From positions 1 through 54,354 of the IMG/VR virus record IMGVR_UViG_3300037796_000233: a stretch of 54,354 nucleotides of DNA; one strand, given 5' to 3'. This DNA comes from a virus (Duplodnaviria > Caudoviricetes). The first letter of the stretch is position 1, and every line of letters begins with the position of its first letter. Below, one piece after another: positions 1-8,011 of this stretch. The position numbers were made by a program, and so were the translations under genes. The notes under the pieces were generated by a model. That model saw only the letters and a list, made by a program, of their open reading frames with translations, was not told the origin of the DNA and did no database searches.

Positions 1-2
1 GC

Positions 3-131
3 CGGGCAATCGAATATGTCCCGCATATGGAGCAACCTTACTTCCTCAGTTATATAGATGACGAAAAAGGAAAACGCTTCAAGGAACAAGTCCTTGATAT
101 AGAGGATTTGGACCGGATGCTCGCCAAATAA
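3..131 (+). CDS. 3' end of a plus-strand gene of unknown function (partial)
   Basis: Open frame RAIEYVPHMEQPYFLSYIDDEKGKRFKEQVLDIEDLDRMLAK* ending at TAA 129-131, followed by a terminator; not in the ORF track. Confidence 0.6.
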   Translation, partial: RAIEYVPHMEQPYFLSYIDDEKGKRFKEQVLDIEDLDRMLAK

Positions 132-148
132 CCGGCTCAACTTCCGAT

Positions 149-188
149 AAAAAGCCCTTTCCGGGAAACCGGAAAGGGCTTTTTATTT
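149..188. terminator. Bidirectional intrinsic terminator
   Basis: AAAAAGCCCTTTCCGG-GAAA-CCGGAAAGGGCTTTTT: perfect stem with A/T tracts on both sides, between convergent genes. Confidence 0.9.
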
Positions 189-256
189 GGGTTCCCCGGC
201 GTGAGAGGGGTTACACCGGGGATGGAAACCTTCAAAAAGGGGGAAAGGAAGGTTTC

Positions 257-412
257 CTAACTGTTGGCCTGAATTGCCCGCCCTTGCTTTTTCGCCTTCC
301 CTCTGGCCGTTTCTTTTGAGCGTTTATCGCCCGGTTTGTAATGATATTTCTTTCCGTTATCGCCCCACCGAAAGTATGGACCTTGTTTGTCCCTTCCTTT
401 AACGACTGGCAT
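257..412 (-). CDS. Small basic phage protein (51 aa)
   Basis: MPVVKGRDKQGPYFRWGDNGKKYHYKPGDKRSKETARGKAKKQGRAIQANS*, preceded by an AAGGAGG RBS; better supported than the tracked ORF 232-471. Confidence 0.75.
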   Translation of the reverse strand: MPVVKGRDKQGPYFRWGDNGKKYHYKPGDKRSKETARGKAKKQGRAIQANS

Positions 413-440
413 ACAGTTCCTCCTTTCTTTTTTCTTTCGT

Positions 441-503
441 CGTTTTCCACTTTGTTTTCACTTCTCTCCAACGCAAATATATTTCCGAATAGTAGGACAC
501 AGG
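441..503 (+). repeat. 63-bp repeat, exact reverse complement of 32803-32865 (candidate late promoter or protein-binding element)
   Basis: CGTTTTCCACTTTGTTTTCACTTCTCTCCAACGCAAATATATTTCCGAATAGTAGGACACAGG matches the reverse complement of 32803-32865 base for base. Confidence 0.9.
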
Positions 504-522
504 CCCCTGTAATGAAACGGCT

Positions 523-1140
523 TTAGATGCCGGAAAAATCGCTCAAAACCTTGATGTAATCTCCGATCAATAACGGATATCCGTGTATTGGCCTTTTTTT
601 TGAGGATAACCAACCCCGTTTTAAGGCCATAAGAAACAAACCCCTCAAAAGCCTCACGTCTCTCTCGTTATATTCGAGCAACTTTTCATATTTCCCTTTT
701 TTGTAAATGTCCTCCGGCCTTTCTTTGATCCTGATTTTTCTTTCTTTTAGGTTTGCTGATGATAAATCATTTAAACTCAAGCCGCCCGGTGAAAACCGTT
801 TTATTGAATCCACAATAGGCAACCTTAACGCTTTCGACTTTGCCCACAAAAATAAATCAAATTCAATCCAACCGCCCGTCCCGTTATAGACCCGAAAGCA
901 ATCTGTAGACCCTATCTGTTTGTATTTTCTCCTTTCGCCTAAAACGACTTTTGAATCAAACCATATACCATTAAACGAAACCGCTAATGAATTATTGAGA
1001 TAAGCCCGAAAAAAATTTAAAGACCTTGTGTGTAAGAAATGAACAAATGAATTTCCCGAAAACGTAAAGACCACCCCAGACAAAAACCTTTTATCTTTAT
1101 AGGTAGTTTCAACATCATAGATTTTAATATCTGGTTTCAT
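523..1140 (-). CDS. DnaQ/RNase H-like 3'-5' exonuclease family protein (YprB/RNase_H_2-like)
   Basis: ExoI YDVET, ExoII SFNGIWFD and ExoIII YNERDV motifs. Confidence 0.75.
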   Translation of the reverse strand: MKPDIKIYDVETTYKDKRFLSGVVFTFSGNSFVHFLHTRSLNFFRAYLNNSLAVSFNGIWFDSKVVLGERRKYKQIGSTDCFRVYNGTGGWIEFDLFLWAKSKALRLPIVDSIKRFSPGGLSLNDLSSANLKERKIRIKERPEDIYKKGKYEKLLEYNERDVRLLRGLFLMALKRGWLSSKKRPIHGYPLLIGDYIKVLSDFSGI

Positions 1141-1738
1141 ATGAAACTATTATCTTTGGATATGAAATATAGTCCGGTTTTTCTCCTTTTGCCGAAAACC
1201 GGAATTCAAGCCGCCTTGCCGTATTTGGTGGGATATCGCCCAGCCTTATATAGTCCCCATCTGCATCGAATCCTCCACCAATAGAAACAAAAGCGGTTTG
1301 GTTATCGTCCACTATTTCTTCGATGCCTGAAAGTCCGTCGCCATCTACTCCTGATGATCTTACTTGGATCCATTTTCCGGTAACGATTTCTTGACCGAGT
1401 TCTTTTGATTGGCCGGTAAAAAATCCGTTTCCGCAAGCCGCAGTAAGTTTGATATTGGTAAGTATAACGCCGTTGTCTGGTTGTCTCGATACAGACCAAA
1501 GGAAAATCTCGGCCGCAATTTCAGAGCCATCAGAGGGAACAACCTTCATAATTCCATTAAGTTCTTGGCCCAGTTCATTTTTCCAAATCAAATCAACATC
1601 GTATTTGAGCGCACCAAAACTATCAGATAAAACGAGAGTATTTTGCCGATGCGCCCTGAAAACGTCTCCAAGATTTAATCGGCCAAGATCGACCGAAATG
1701 TCCTCAATATCGACCTGTTGAAAAAGTAATATAGTCAT
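1124..1738 (-). CDS. Putative tail/virion structural protein
   Basis: 204-aa acidic, beta-rich ORF overlapping both neighbours in the tail module. Confidence 0.5.
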   Translation of the reverse strand: MTILLFQQVDIEDISVDLGRLNLGDVFRAHRQNTLVLSDSFGALKYDVDLIWKNELGQELNGIMKVVPSDGSEIAAEIFLWSVSRQPDNGVILTNIKLTAACGNGFFTGQSKELGQEIVTGKWIQVRSSGVDGDGLSGIEEIVDDNQTAFVSIGGGFDADGDYIRLGDIPPNTARRLEFRFSAKGEKPDYISYPKIIVSYETRY

Positions 1739-2256
1739 GACGGAATCCCGGTTTCAAGAGAGCACCAGACCTCTAAATCACCGCCAATATCGACATTATG
1801 CGGCTCAGCAAAACGAGCAACCGCATAAAGAATTCCCTCCCCTACTATGGTGCCAAGGTCAGAAGTCGAAATCAAACCGGCACCGTATATTGTCGCTGCT
1901 TCCGTAAAGGCAAAAACGGCGGGATTATCCGTATTGGTCAAAATAAGTTCCGGTGAAGATGGTTTGTTCCAAGCCGGTCGCTGGGAATTAGAAAGCCCTA
2001 AAACCTCCGTATATTTCAAGAACATTTCATCATAAAAATCCTCGAAATCCGGCACAACATCGTTACCAAAAAGGAAAATGTACCAACCGGACAAAGGTGT
2101 TAACCCGTAAAAGTTTGTATTGATTGTATAAATACAACCTTCTCTGGTTACCAAATTTGGGTTCCGATTTACGGTCCAAAGTTCTTTCCCGTTTTCTGAA
2201 TATCTTGCTGACCAAACCGTTTTAGGGACAAATATCTTTTCCATATTAAACCTCAA
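1735..2256 (-). CDS. Phage tail-fibre-associated structural protein
   Basis: NLVT..G / WY..L / YTE..RPAW / IYGAGL / GILYAVARF pattern seen in small tail proteins; position in tail module. Confidence 0.55.
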   Translation of the reverse strand: MRFNMEKIFVPKTVWSARYSENGKELWTVNRNPNLVTREGCIYTINTNFYGLTPLSGWYIFLFGNDVVPDFEDFYDEMFLKYTEVLGLSNSQRPAWNKPSSPELILTNTDNPAVFAFTEAATIYGAGLISTSDLGTIVGEGILYAVARFAEPHNVDIGGDLEVWCSLETGIPS

Positions 2257-2974
2257 ATCTGCTTCTATCGGAAAAAAGCGAAAAAAGTTTGGCTTTTAAG
2301 ACCGCCCCTAAACCATTATCGTCATGATTCAAAAAAAGGGCTTTATCTAAATCCGATTTCAAAACCGGCTTGTCATTGGAATAAAAACCGGCTTTGTGAT
2401 GAGCGATATTAAAAACCGCCTGCGGCGCATAAACTTCGTTAACATAAGCTGTGCGAGCAAGCCCGGCCCCGGATTCTATGAATGGATACTTTTCAAAAAC
2501 CCGGTTCAGCTTGCGTGATTCGTAGTAGTATGGCGTGTGGGTTTCCCCGTTGAGTATCGTTTTTCCGTTAGACCGTAAAGCATGTGCCGTTCTCCATAAT
2601 TTCCGCCCCCAATTGTTCCTTTTGGGGTTTTTTACTGTCGAAAGATCGCCTAAGCAATAAGGGGTTTTTACTTGACTATAATCGATTGGTGTTAAAAGAT
2701 AAATATCGTCATTCGACCAGATAAAACTTTCCAAGTTTTTTATTGCCCAACGAAATTTTTCGCCGTGAGTTTGTTCTGGATTCTTTCCCTTATCGTCAAA
2801 ACGAACATGAAAGACATTGTCTATCCAATCAGGAAGATATCCGCCCATTATAAAAACCCTTACATCTTCGTCAAAATCGGCAATGAAATTTTTCTCCCAC
2901 GACCGAAGGACAAGCCGGATTTCATCGCCCCATTTTGACTCCATTAAAGGGATAACGATATTAATTGGCTTCAA
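2246..2974 (-). CDS. Stealth-family-like hexose-1-phosphate transferase
   Basis: EIRLVLRSWEKN, FIWSNDDIYLLTP, HTPY and FLNHDD resemble Stealth conserved regions CR2-CR4. Confidence 0.65.
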   Translation of the reverse strand: MKPINIVIPLMESKWGDEIRLVLRSWEKNFIADFDEDVRVFIMGGYLPDWIDNVFHVRFDDKGKNPEQTHGEKFRWAIKNLESFIWSNDDIYLLTPIDYSQVKTPYCLGDLSTVKNPKRNNWGRKLWRTAHALRSNGKTILNGETHTPYYYESRKLNRVFEKYPFIESGAGLARTAYVNEVYAPQAVFNIAHHKAGFYSNDKPVLKSDLDKALFLNHDDNGLGAVLKAKLFSLFSDRSRFEV

Positions 2975-3600
2975 TTTATAGTCCTTTCTTTAAGTTTTCG
3001 GTTGATTTCTTCCGCCCGATCTCCGAATTTGGATTGCCAAAACCCTTTTTCCGCCCGATTAAGGTTCACAAACAGGGGATCTTTTCCGCACCTCATATCG
3101 TATTTCCTTGAAAGAACATATGGAAAATAAAGAAAATTCGACTCAATTGCTTTCATGAAAGCCCATTGGTCTTCTCTGATCTTTCCTGAGGCAATAAACT
3201 CCTCCATCCACTCGATATAAAGGGAGGTTTTAACCACGAGACGTTGTGTGGAAGATTGCGCCAATGGGCGATTCTTTTCCATTTTCCCGGTTATCGTTCC
3301 GTCATCCCTTACAAATTGGAAAAGAATGGCATCATAGTCCATAAAATTATTCAAATCCGGTAAAGGATTCAACACTTCATCGTCACTATCCAAAAAGAAA
3401 AGCCAGGGCGTTGTAACTTTTCTTGCGGCCTTAAGTCGATAAGTTCCGATATTTGTGTTTAACCAATCAACTCCTTTGTTATAGCTAACGAATAGAGGAT
3501 ATTGATTCAAATAATTCATCACGCCCTTTATCGTATTTTGAGAAAGAGAATGATGAGCCGCCATAACCGTTACTATAGTCAAAAGTTCATATTTTTTCAA
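2971..3600 (-). CDS. GT-A fold glycosyltransferase (GT2-like)
   Basis: VTTPWLFFLDSDD DxD motif and later ED motif; 4-bp overlaps with both neighbours. Confidence 0.7.
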   Translation of the reverse strand: MKKYELLTIVTVMAAHHSLSQNTIKGVMNYLNQYPLFVSYNKGVDWLNTNIGTYRLKAARKVTTPWLFFLDSDDEVLNPLPDLNNFMDYDAILFQFVRDDGTITGKMEKNRPLAQSSTQRLVVKTSLYIEWMEEFIASGKIREDQWAFMKAIESNFLYFPYVLSRKYDMRCGKDPLFVNLNRAEKGFWQSKFGDRAEEINRKLKERTIN

Positions 3601-4859
3601 TATTTCCCCTTTCCTTTATTGACCCTTCTTTCTTCAAAATCGTTTACCCAAATAAACGGTCCCGAAATTGGTTCCATATTCAAAAACGGACATAGTTTTC
3701 CCCAACTATCCCCCTTTTTTATGTCCATTATCAAAAGTTTATCCATATCGTTTTTGAATGAATCCATAACGAAAGTATGATGGGCCAGAAAGGCTTTGAA
3801 GTATTTATCTTTATTGAACTGAAAAGACCCATAACAAGTTTCATGCGCTCTTTTCGATATCGCCTTGAGCTTTTGCGATCTTCTTTGTTCTGGAGGAAAA
3901 GCCTTAAAAAAGATTTCTGCTCTTTCAATCCATTCCCTTGGGTCTCTATAAGTGTAAATATATTTGGCGTTTGGAAAACGGCGCTGGAGTTCGCCCTTTA
4001 TGAAAAGTTCCGTGACGGTTATATCCGCCGAAAAATCAGACCGTTTGATCCTTTTTATCCCATGGGGATACCTTACAACCGAATAACCCAAAAGGCGCAT
4101 CGCTTCTACCAGTGATGTTTGCCCCGTTCTGGATAAACCTATTCCAAAGACCTTTTCGTTGAATTTCGTTTCTTGCCTATCTTTATCGAGACGGCTTGAA
4201 AGCCTTACGTGTTGGTGTTTTGAGTTTGATCCCCAACCTTCGTCTTTGTTCATTGTTCTCCGGCCTTCCCAAATGGTTTTTATTGGCCGGTTTTCAACTC
4301 TTAATTCATCAGAATGAGGTTCGTGAAATAAAACACCATCCGGAAATATTCTTTTTTTCTTTCCATTCTTAACCAATCGGAAATAAAGGTTCACGTCACA
4401 ATCGCAATAAGTCTTTATCTTTTCGTTGAAACCGCCTACACCCCAAAAATCTTCACTTTTCGCAAGAAATGTCCCTGGTGTTCCCGGATAAACTTTATTG
4501 CTATATCCTCGATAAAAGCCGCCGGAATTTAAAAAGCCAAAATCAATCTTTCTAAATATATCAGGGGCAAAGGTTATATCGGAATCAGTAGAAAGTAGAA
4601 ACGGTGCAGTGCAAAGCCTTGCCGCCAAGTTTCTGCTTACTGCCATGTCATATTTTTTTTCGCCGTCAACCCTTACTATTGTGAGTTTGTTAAAAAAACT
4701 TTCTGATAGTTTTTCCTTTAGGAAAGTTCCAAGATTTATTTTTGAGGACCAGTCCACCAAAACTATCTCTTTAAATCTAAAAATCTCCCAATTTTTTAGG
4801 GATTTCAAAATAAAATCTTCACGGTCCATACTTACTGCGCAGATGGAAATTTGATCCAA
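3597..4859 (-). CDS. Glycosyltransferase (GT2/GT7-like)-sulfotransferase fusion
   Basis: N-terminal VLVDWSS, SRNLAAR, TDSD, GGFNEK; C-terminal [15 protein letters not shown] (PAPS-binding loop), YTYRDP.EW and GDSW..LCPFL, typical of Sulfotransfer_4-type domains. Confidence 0.75.
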   Translation of the reverse strand: MDQISICAVSMDREDFILKSLKNWEIFRFKEIVLVDWSSKINLGTFLKEKLSESFFNKLTIVRVDGEKKYDMAVSRNLAARLCTAPFLLSTDSDITFAPDIFRKIDFGFLNSGGFYRGYSNKVYPGTPGTFLAKSEDFWGVGGFNEKIKTYCDCDVNLYFRLVKNGKKKRIFPDGVLFHEPHSDELRVENRPIKTIWEGRRTMNKDEGWGSNSKHQHVRLSSRLDKDRQETKFNEKVFGIGLSRTGQTSLVEAMRLLGYSVVRYPHGIKRIKRSDFSADITVTELFIKGELQRRFPNAKYIYTYRDPREWIERAEIFFKAFPPEQRRSQKLKAISKRAHETCYGSFQFNKDKYFKAFLAHHTFVMDSFKNDMDKLLIMDIKKGDSWGKLCPFLNMEPISGPFIWVNDFEERRVNKGKGKY

Positions 4860-4875
4860 CTTAATTTTCCTTTCT

Positions 4876-4904
4876 TTCCTGGCCGGGATTTTCCCGGCCA
4901 GGAA
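4876..4904. promoter_or_regulatory. Perfect 13-bp-stem hairpin between the SG-repeat gene and the GT genes
   Basis: TTCCTGGCCGGGA-TTT-TCCCGGCCAGGAA; followed on the minus strand by the RBS rather than a U-tract. Confidence 0.7.
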
Positions 4905-4913
4905 GGTAATTCA

Positions 4914-6005
4914 TTAAGTCCCCGAACCCGAACCCGAACCCGAACCGGAACCCGAACCGGAACCCGAACCGGAACCCGAACCCGAACCGGAACCCGAACC
5001 CGAACCGGAACCCGAACCGGAACCGCTGGCCGAACCGGAACCCGAACCGGAACCGCTGGCCGAACCGGAACCCGAACCGGAACCGCTGGCCGAACCGGAA
5101 CCGGAACCCGAACCGGAACCCGAACCGGAACCCGAACCGGAACCGCTGGCCGAACCGGAACCGCTGGCCGAACCGGAACCCGAACCGGAACCGCTGGCCG
5201 AACCGGAACCCGAACCGGAACCGCTGGCCGAACCGGAACCCGAACCGGAACCGGAACCGGAACCCGAACCGGAACCGACTTCAAGTTCATCAATAGAATT
5301 CTGAAGATGGGTCTGAGCATCTGCAGCAGAAACAAGCGTGCGGCCATCCCCGAAAGTATCGATTGCGGATTGAACCACCGTGTCACTCTCGAAAACCGCT
5401 GGATCACGGTCAAAATCAATAGACTTTCCAGAGCAAAAATCCCTCACGCCGGATGGAATTGAAATCCCCGTCGCTGGATCGTTATCAGCATCGATACTTT
5501 GAAGAAAACGGGCAATATTTACAACCCGCTGGTCCGTAACGTCCACCGCTCCGTCCACGATGGATAGCGGTGTGACTGCATCTTCGGTCGCCATCGCCTT
5601 CGTTCCAAGCGTAACATCACCGACTTTGAAGGTGACCGTTTCACCCGGCTTGTATTTGAATTTTCCGCCGTTTTCTGTAAACCCGGAAAAGGAAAGGCTT
5701 GAAAAGGCAATTCCATCAACTGGCGAATCGACAAAAACTGCCTCTGAAATTGCCCTACGAAAAGCCGCCCCGGCCACATGGTCGTCCACACCATAAACGC
5801 CCTCGAAAGAATACAAGACCAGGATCAAATCGTCATCCGCAACCTGGGTATCGTCCAACGTAACGTCGAAAGACCCATCAACGGAAAGACTTTGGCCTTG
5901 CCCTAACAAAACCCCTCGATTTGCCGCCAAAAAAACGTCCACATTGGCGGCAGCCTCAAAGGTGTTTCCGTTTTTGTCCTTTAGGACACCATCAATCTTA
6001 ATCAT
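4914..6005 (-). CDS. Putative virion protein with a surface-protein-like domain and C-terminal Ser-Gly repeat tail
   Basis: [43 protein letters not shown] domain, then about 119 aa of (GS)n with occasional A; GGAGG RBS. Confidence 0.75.
   Translation of the reverse strand: MIKIDGVLKDKNGNTFEAAANVDVFLAANRGVLLGQGQSLSVDGSFDVTLDDTQVADDDLILVLYSFEGVYGVDDHVAGAAFRRAISEAVFVDSPVDGIAFSSLSFSGFTENGGKFKYKPGETVTFKVGDVTLGTKAMATEDAVTPLSIVDGAVDVTDQRVVNIARFLQSIDADNDPATGISIPSGVRDFCSGKSIDFDRDPAVFESDTVVQSAIDTFGDGRTLVSAADAQTHLQNSIDELEVGSGSGSGSGSGSGSGSASGSGSGSGSASGSGSGSGSASGSGSASGSGSGSGSGSGSGSGSGSASGSGSGSGSASGSGSGSGSASGSGSGSGSGSGSGSGSGSGSGSGSGSGSGSGSGSGT
4921..5277 (-). repeat. Tandem hexamer repeat encoding (Gly-Ser)n
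   Basis: GGTTCC/GGTTCG units with interspersed GCCAGC on the minus strand. Confidence 0.95.
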
Positions 6006-6016
6006 TTTTCAACCTC

Positions 6017-6874
6017 CTAATTGCGAAAAGGGTAAAACGTAAGGGCACCGCCCGGTCTGAGGGCATCGCCATTCAAATATTCATACGGGAAAAGCCTCAA
6101 TTCATCTCCCGGTCTTAGGGCATCGCCCAAAGGATAAATCCTTTTGTTCACGTCTTCCGGCCCCGGATAAAGTTTGAGATCATTCCCCGGTCTTAAGGCG
6201 TCACCAACCAGGTAAACGTCTTTCTCAACGTCTTCCGGTCCCGGATAAAGCCTCAATTCATCTCCCGGTCTTAAGGTATCACCGACCAGGTATGGAACAC
6301 GGTTCACGTCTTCCGGCCCCGGATAAAGTTTGAGATCATTCCCCGGCTTTAAAGAATCCCCTATCAAATACGGAATTCTCTCAACGTCTTCCGGCCCCGG
6401 ATAAAGTTTGAGATCATTCCCCGGTCTTAAGGCGTCACCAACCAGGTATGGGGTTTCGACCGCAGTCAGGGAAAAGTCGGAATAATAGATTTGTCCATCA
6501 TGTCTTACTTTTAAACGGTCTTCCGTCGTGTTATACCAAATATTTATCGATACATCGGTTGGATCTTCCGATACAAACGAAATACCAGGCCCAGTTTCCG
6601 TCCCGGCTGCCTCCAAAACAACAACCCGATCTTCTAATTGGTCAATATAAAGAGAAAGGCTGCCTATAAGTGTTTCATTTGTCTCGATCTGACTTTCAAG
6701 AGTATTGATCTGGCCCTGTAGGGAGGTATTTTCTGATTGTAAATTCCCTACTTGTACCTGAAGCAAAGATAAATCCGAAAGGATTTGCACCACTTCGTTT
6801 TCCAACAACCTTTCGGCCAAACTTTTACAGGGTTCACCGGCAACCGGATTGTCGCAAACCTTATATGGATTCAT
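6017..6874 (-). CDS. Putative tail-fibre-like protein: coiled coil plus 26-aa repeats
   Basis: Heptad coiled coil at about aa 20-90, EDP..IWYNT linker, then YLVGDALRPGNDLKLYPGPEDV repeats. Confidence 0.6.
   Translation of the reverse strand: MNPYKVCDNPVAGEPCKSLAERLLENEVVQILSDLSLLQVQVGNLQSENTSLQGQINTLESQIETNETLIGSLSLYIDQLEDRVVVLEAAGTETGPGISFVSEDPTDVSINIWYNTTEDRLKVRHDGQIYYSDFSLTAVETPYLVGDALRPGNDLKLYPGPEDVERIPYLIGDSLKPGNDLKLYPGPEDVNRVPYLVGDTLRPGDELRLYPGPEDVEKDVYLVGDALRPGNDLKLYPGPEDVNKRIYPLGDALRPGDELRLFPYEYLNGDALRPGGALTFYPFRN
6020..6451 (-). repeat. 78-bp (26-aa) tandem repeat, four full and two partial units
   Basis: PYLVGDALRPGNDLKLYPGPEDVERI and variants, visible in both DNA and protein. Confidence 0.9.
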
Positions 6875-6875
6875 T

Positions 6876-8000
6876 TTAATTTCTCACTCCGAAATAAAGA
6901 TTGACTGCCCCGCCGCCTTCTATTCCAGTAACGTGTAAAGAAACCTTGTCCGCCCCCAAAAGATCCCAACCAAGCATGGGTGAAGGATATTTTGAAGCGG
7001 ATTTAAAGGGAAAATCAACAGAAGATGCAGACCTTTTTGTTTCCAAAACACCTTTAATTTCTTGTATTTCCCGTTTTTCCCAATCCATATTAGAAAACCA
7101 AGGTTTATTGTAAGTTGGATCGTCTCCATCTTCCCAAGAAGGAATCTTGATATATTCATATTGATCCGAAGTAAGCCTTGGCCCCGGTAAAAGTTGGATC
7201 ACTATGTCCCTTCCCTCCGGCCAATCATCAGAAAGGGTAAAGGCCTGATTTATTATTTCTGAACAATCGGGGAAATAATAGGTGCCATATTTACTCCAAC
7301 TGGACGGGTCAAACTCAACGGAATCGCTCCACAATGAATCATCCCAATGATCTTCTCCGGTGAGGGAAAATGGGTCTTTTGTTGGATCTATTAAAAAACG
7401 CAAATAAATTTTGCTTAGTGGTTCATCGGAGCCAATGTCGGAATAATCGAGTTTAAACCGCAATTTAGCATCGGAAACAATTGCCCCTTTAGAAAAGGGC
7501 ATTGGATACGAAAAGGACATTCTATACTCATCCCCGGCGTTAGACCAGCCAACCTCACCCGAATAAGTTGGATTGATGGTGTTATAACTTATTGACCCGT
7601 AATAATCATATTTATACCAGGCCGCATAATAACTTCCGTCACGCAACTTTAAATCATAATCGGTTTCTTTTTCCAAAAGTGCATCAAGGACGTTTTTCAC
7701 AATTGGCGTAATGATTATTGCGCCGCCCGGCGAATTAAAAACAGGTTGAACGACCAATTTTGACTTATCGTGCGCGTTTAACCAGAGCCAAGGCAATTCG
7801 CCGTCTAAATCGAAAGAATCTGCTGCGGCTATCGTTAGAAAATTCGTCCTTTGATCTTGAAAAACGACCGGCTCAGAAGAAATATCAACGGGTTGAATAA
7901 GGGTTTCTGTGCCATCAATAGAATACCGGCTTGGCCGCATAAGATAACTTTTTCCACTCAATGCGTCTTTTATAACGGCATATCGGATTTCTTCAGACAT
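6876..8000 (-). CDS. Putative tail/receptor-binding protein, possibly with a DNRLRE-like carbohydrate-binding fold
   Basis: Acidic, aromatic-rich; YRMSFSYP..KGAIVSDAKLRF segment; position in tail module. Confidence 0.45.
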   Translation of the reverse strand: MSEEIRYAVIKDALSGKSYLMRPSRYSIDGTETLIQPVDISSEPVVFQDQRTNFLTIAAADSFDLDGELPWLWLNAHDKSKLVVQPVFNSPGGAIIITPIVKNVLDALLEKETDYDLKLRDGSYYAAWYKYDYYGSISYNTINPTYSGEVGWSNAGDEYRMSFSYPMPFSKGAIVSDAKLRFKLDYSDIGSDEPLSKIYLRFLIDPTKDPFSLTGEDHWDDSLWSDSVEFDPSSWSKYGTYYFPDCSEIINQAFTLSDDWPEGRDIVIQLLPGPRLTSDQYEYIKIPSWEDGDDPTYNKPWFSNMDWEKREIQEIKGVLETKRSASSVDFPFKSASKYPSPMLGWDLLGADKVSLHVTGIEGGGAVNLYFGVRN

Positions 8001-8011
8001 TTATCCCCCTT

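Noticed and set aside
361-372. CGCCCCACCGAA on the plus strand, matching part of the leader repeat
   Set aside because: Only 12 nt, inside a coding region, in the wrong orientation and without the hairpin; probably chance
232-471. Tracked 79-aa minus-strand ORF
   Set aside because: Its start lies inside the non-coding 63-bp repeat and lacks an RBS; the 257-412 frame has a strong RBS
4832-5462. ORFs with (VPVR)n and (TRTG)n repeats
   Set aside because: Shadow frames of the hexamer array encoding (GS)n; no RBS and no flanking domains
6020-6451. Possible CRISPR array or DGR template/variable repeat
   Set aside because: In-frame 78-bp coding repeats with no unique spacers, differences not confined to adenines, and no reverse transcriptase in the window
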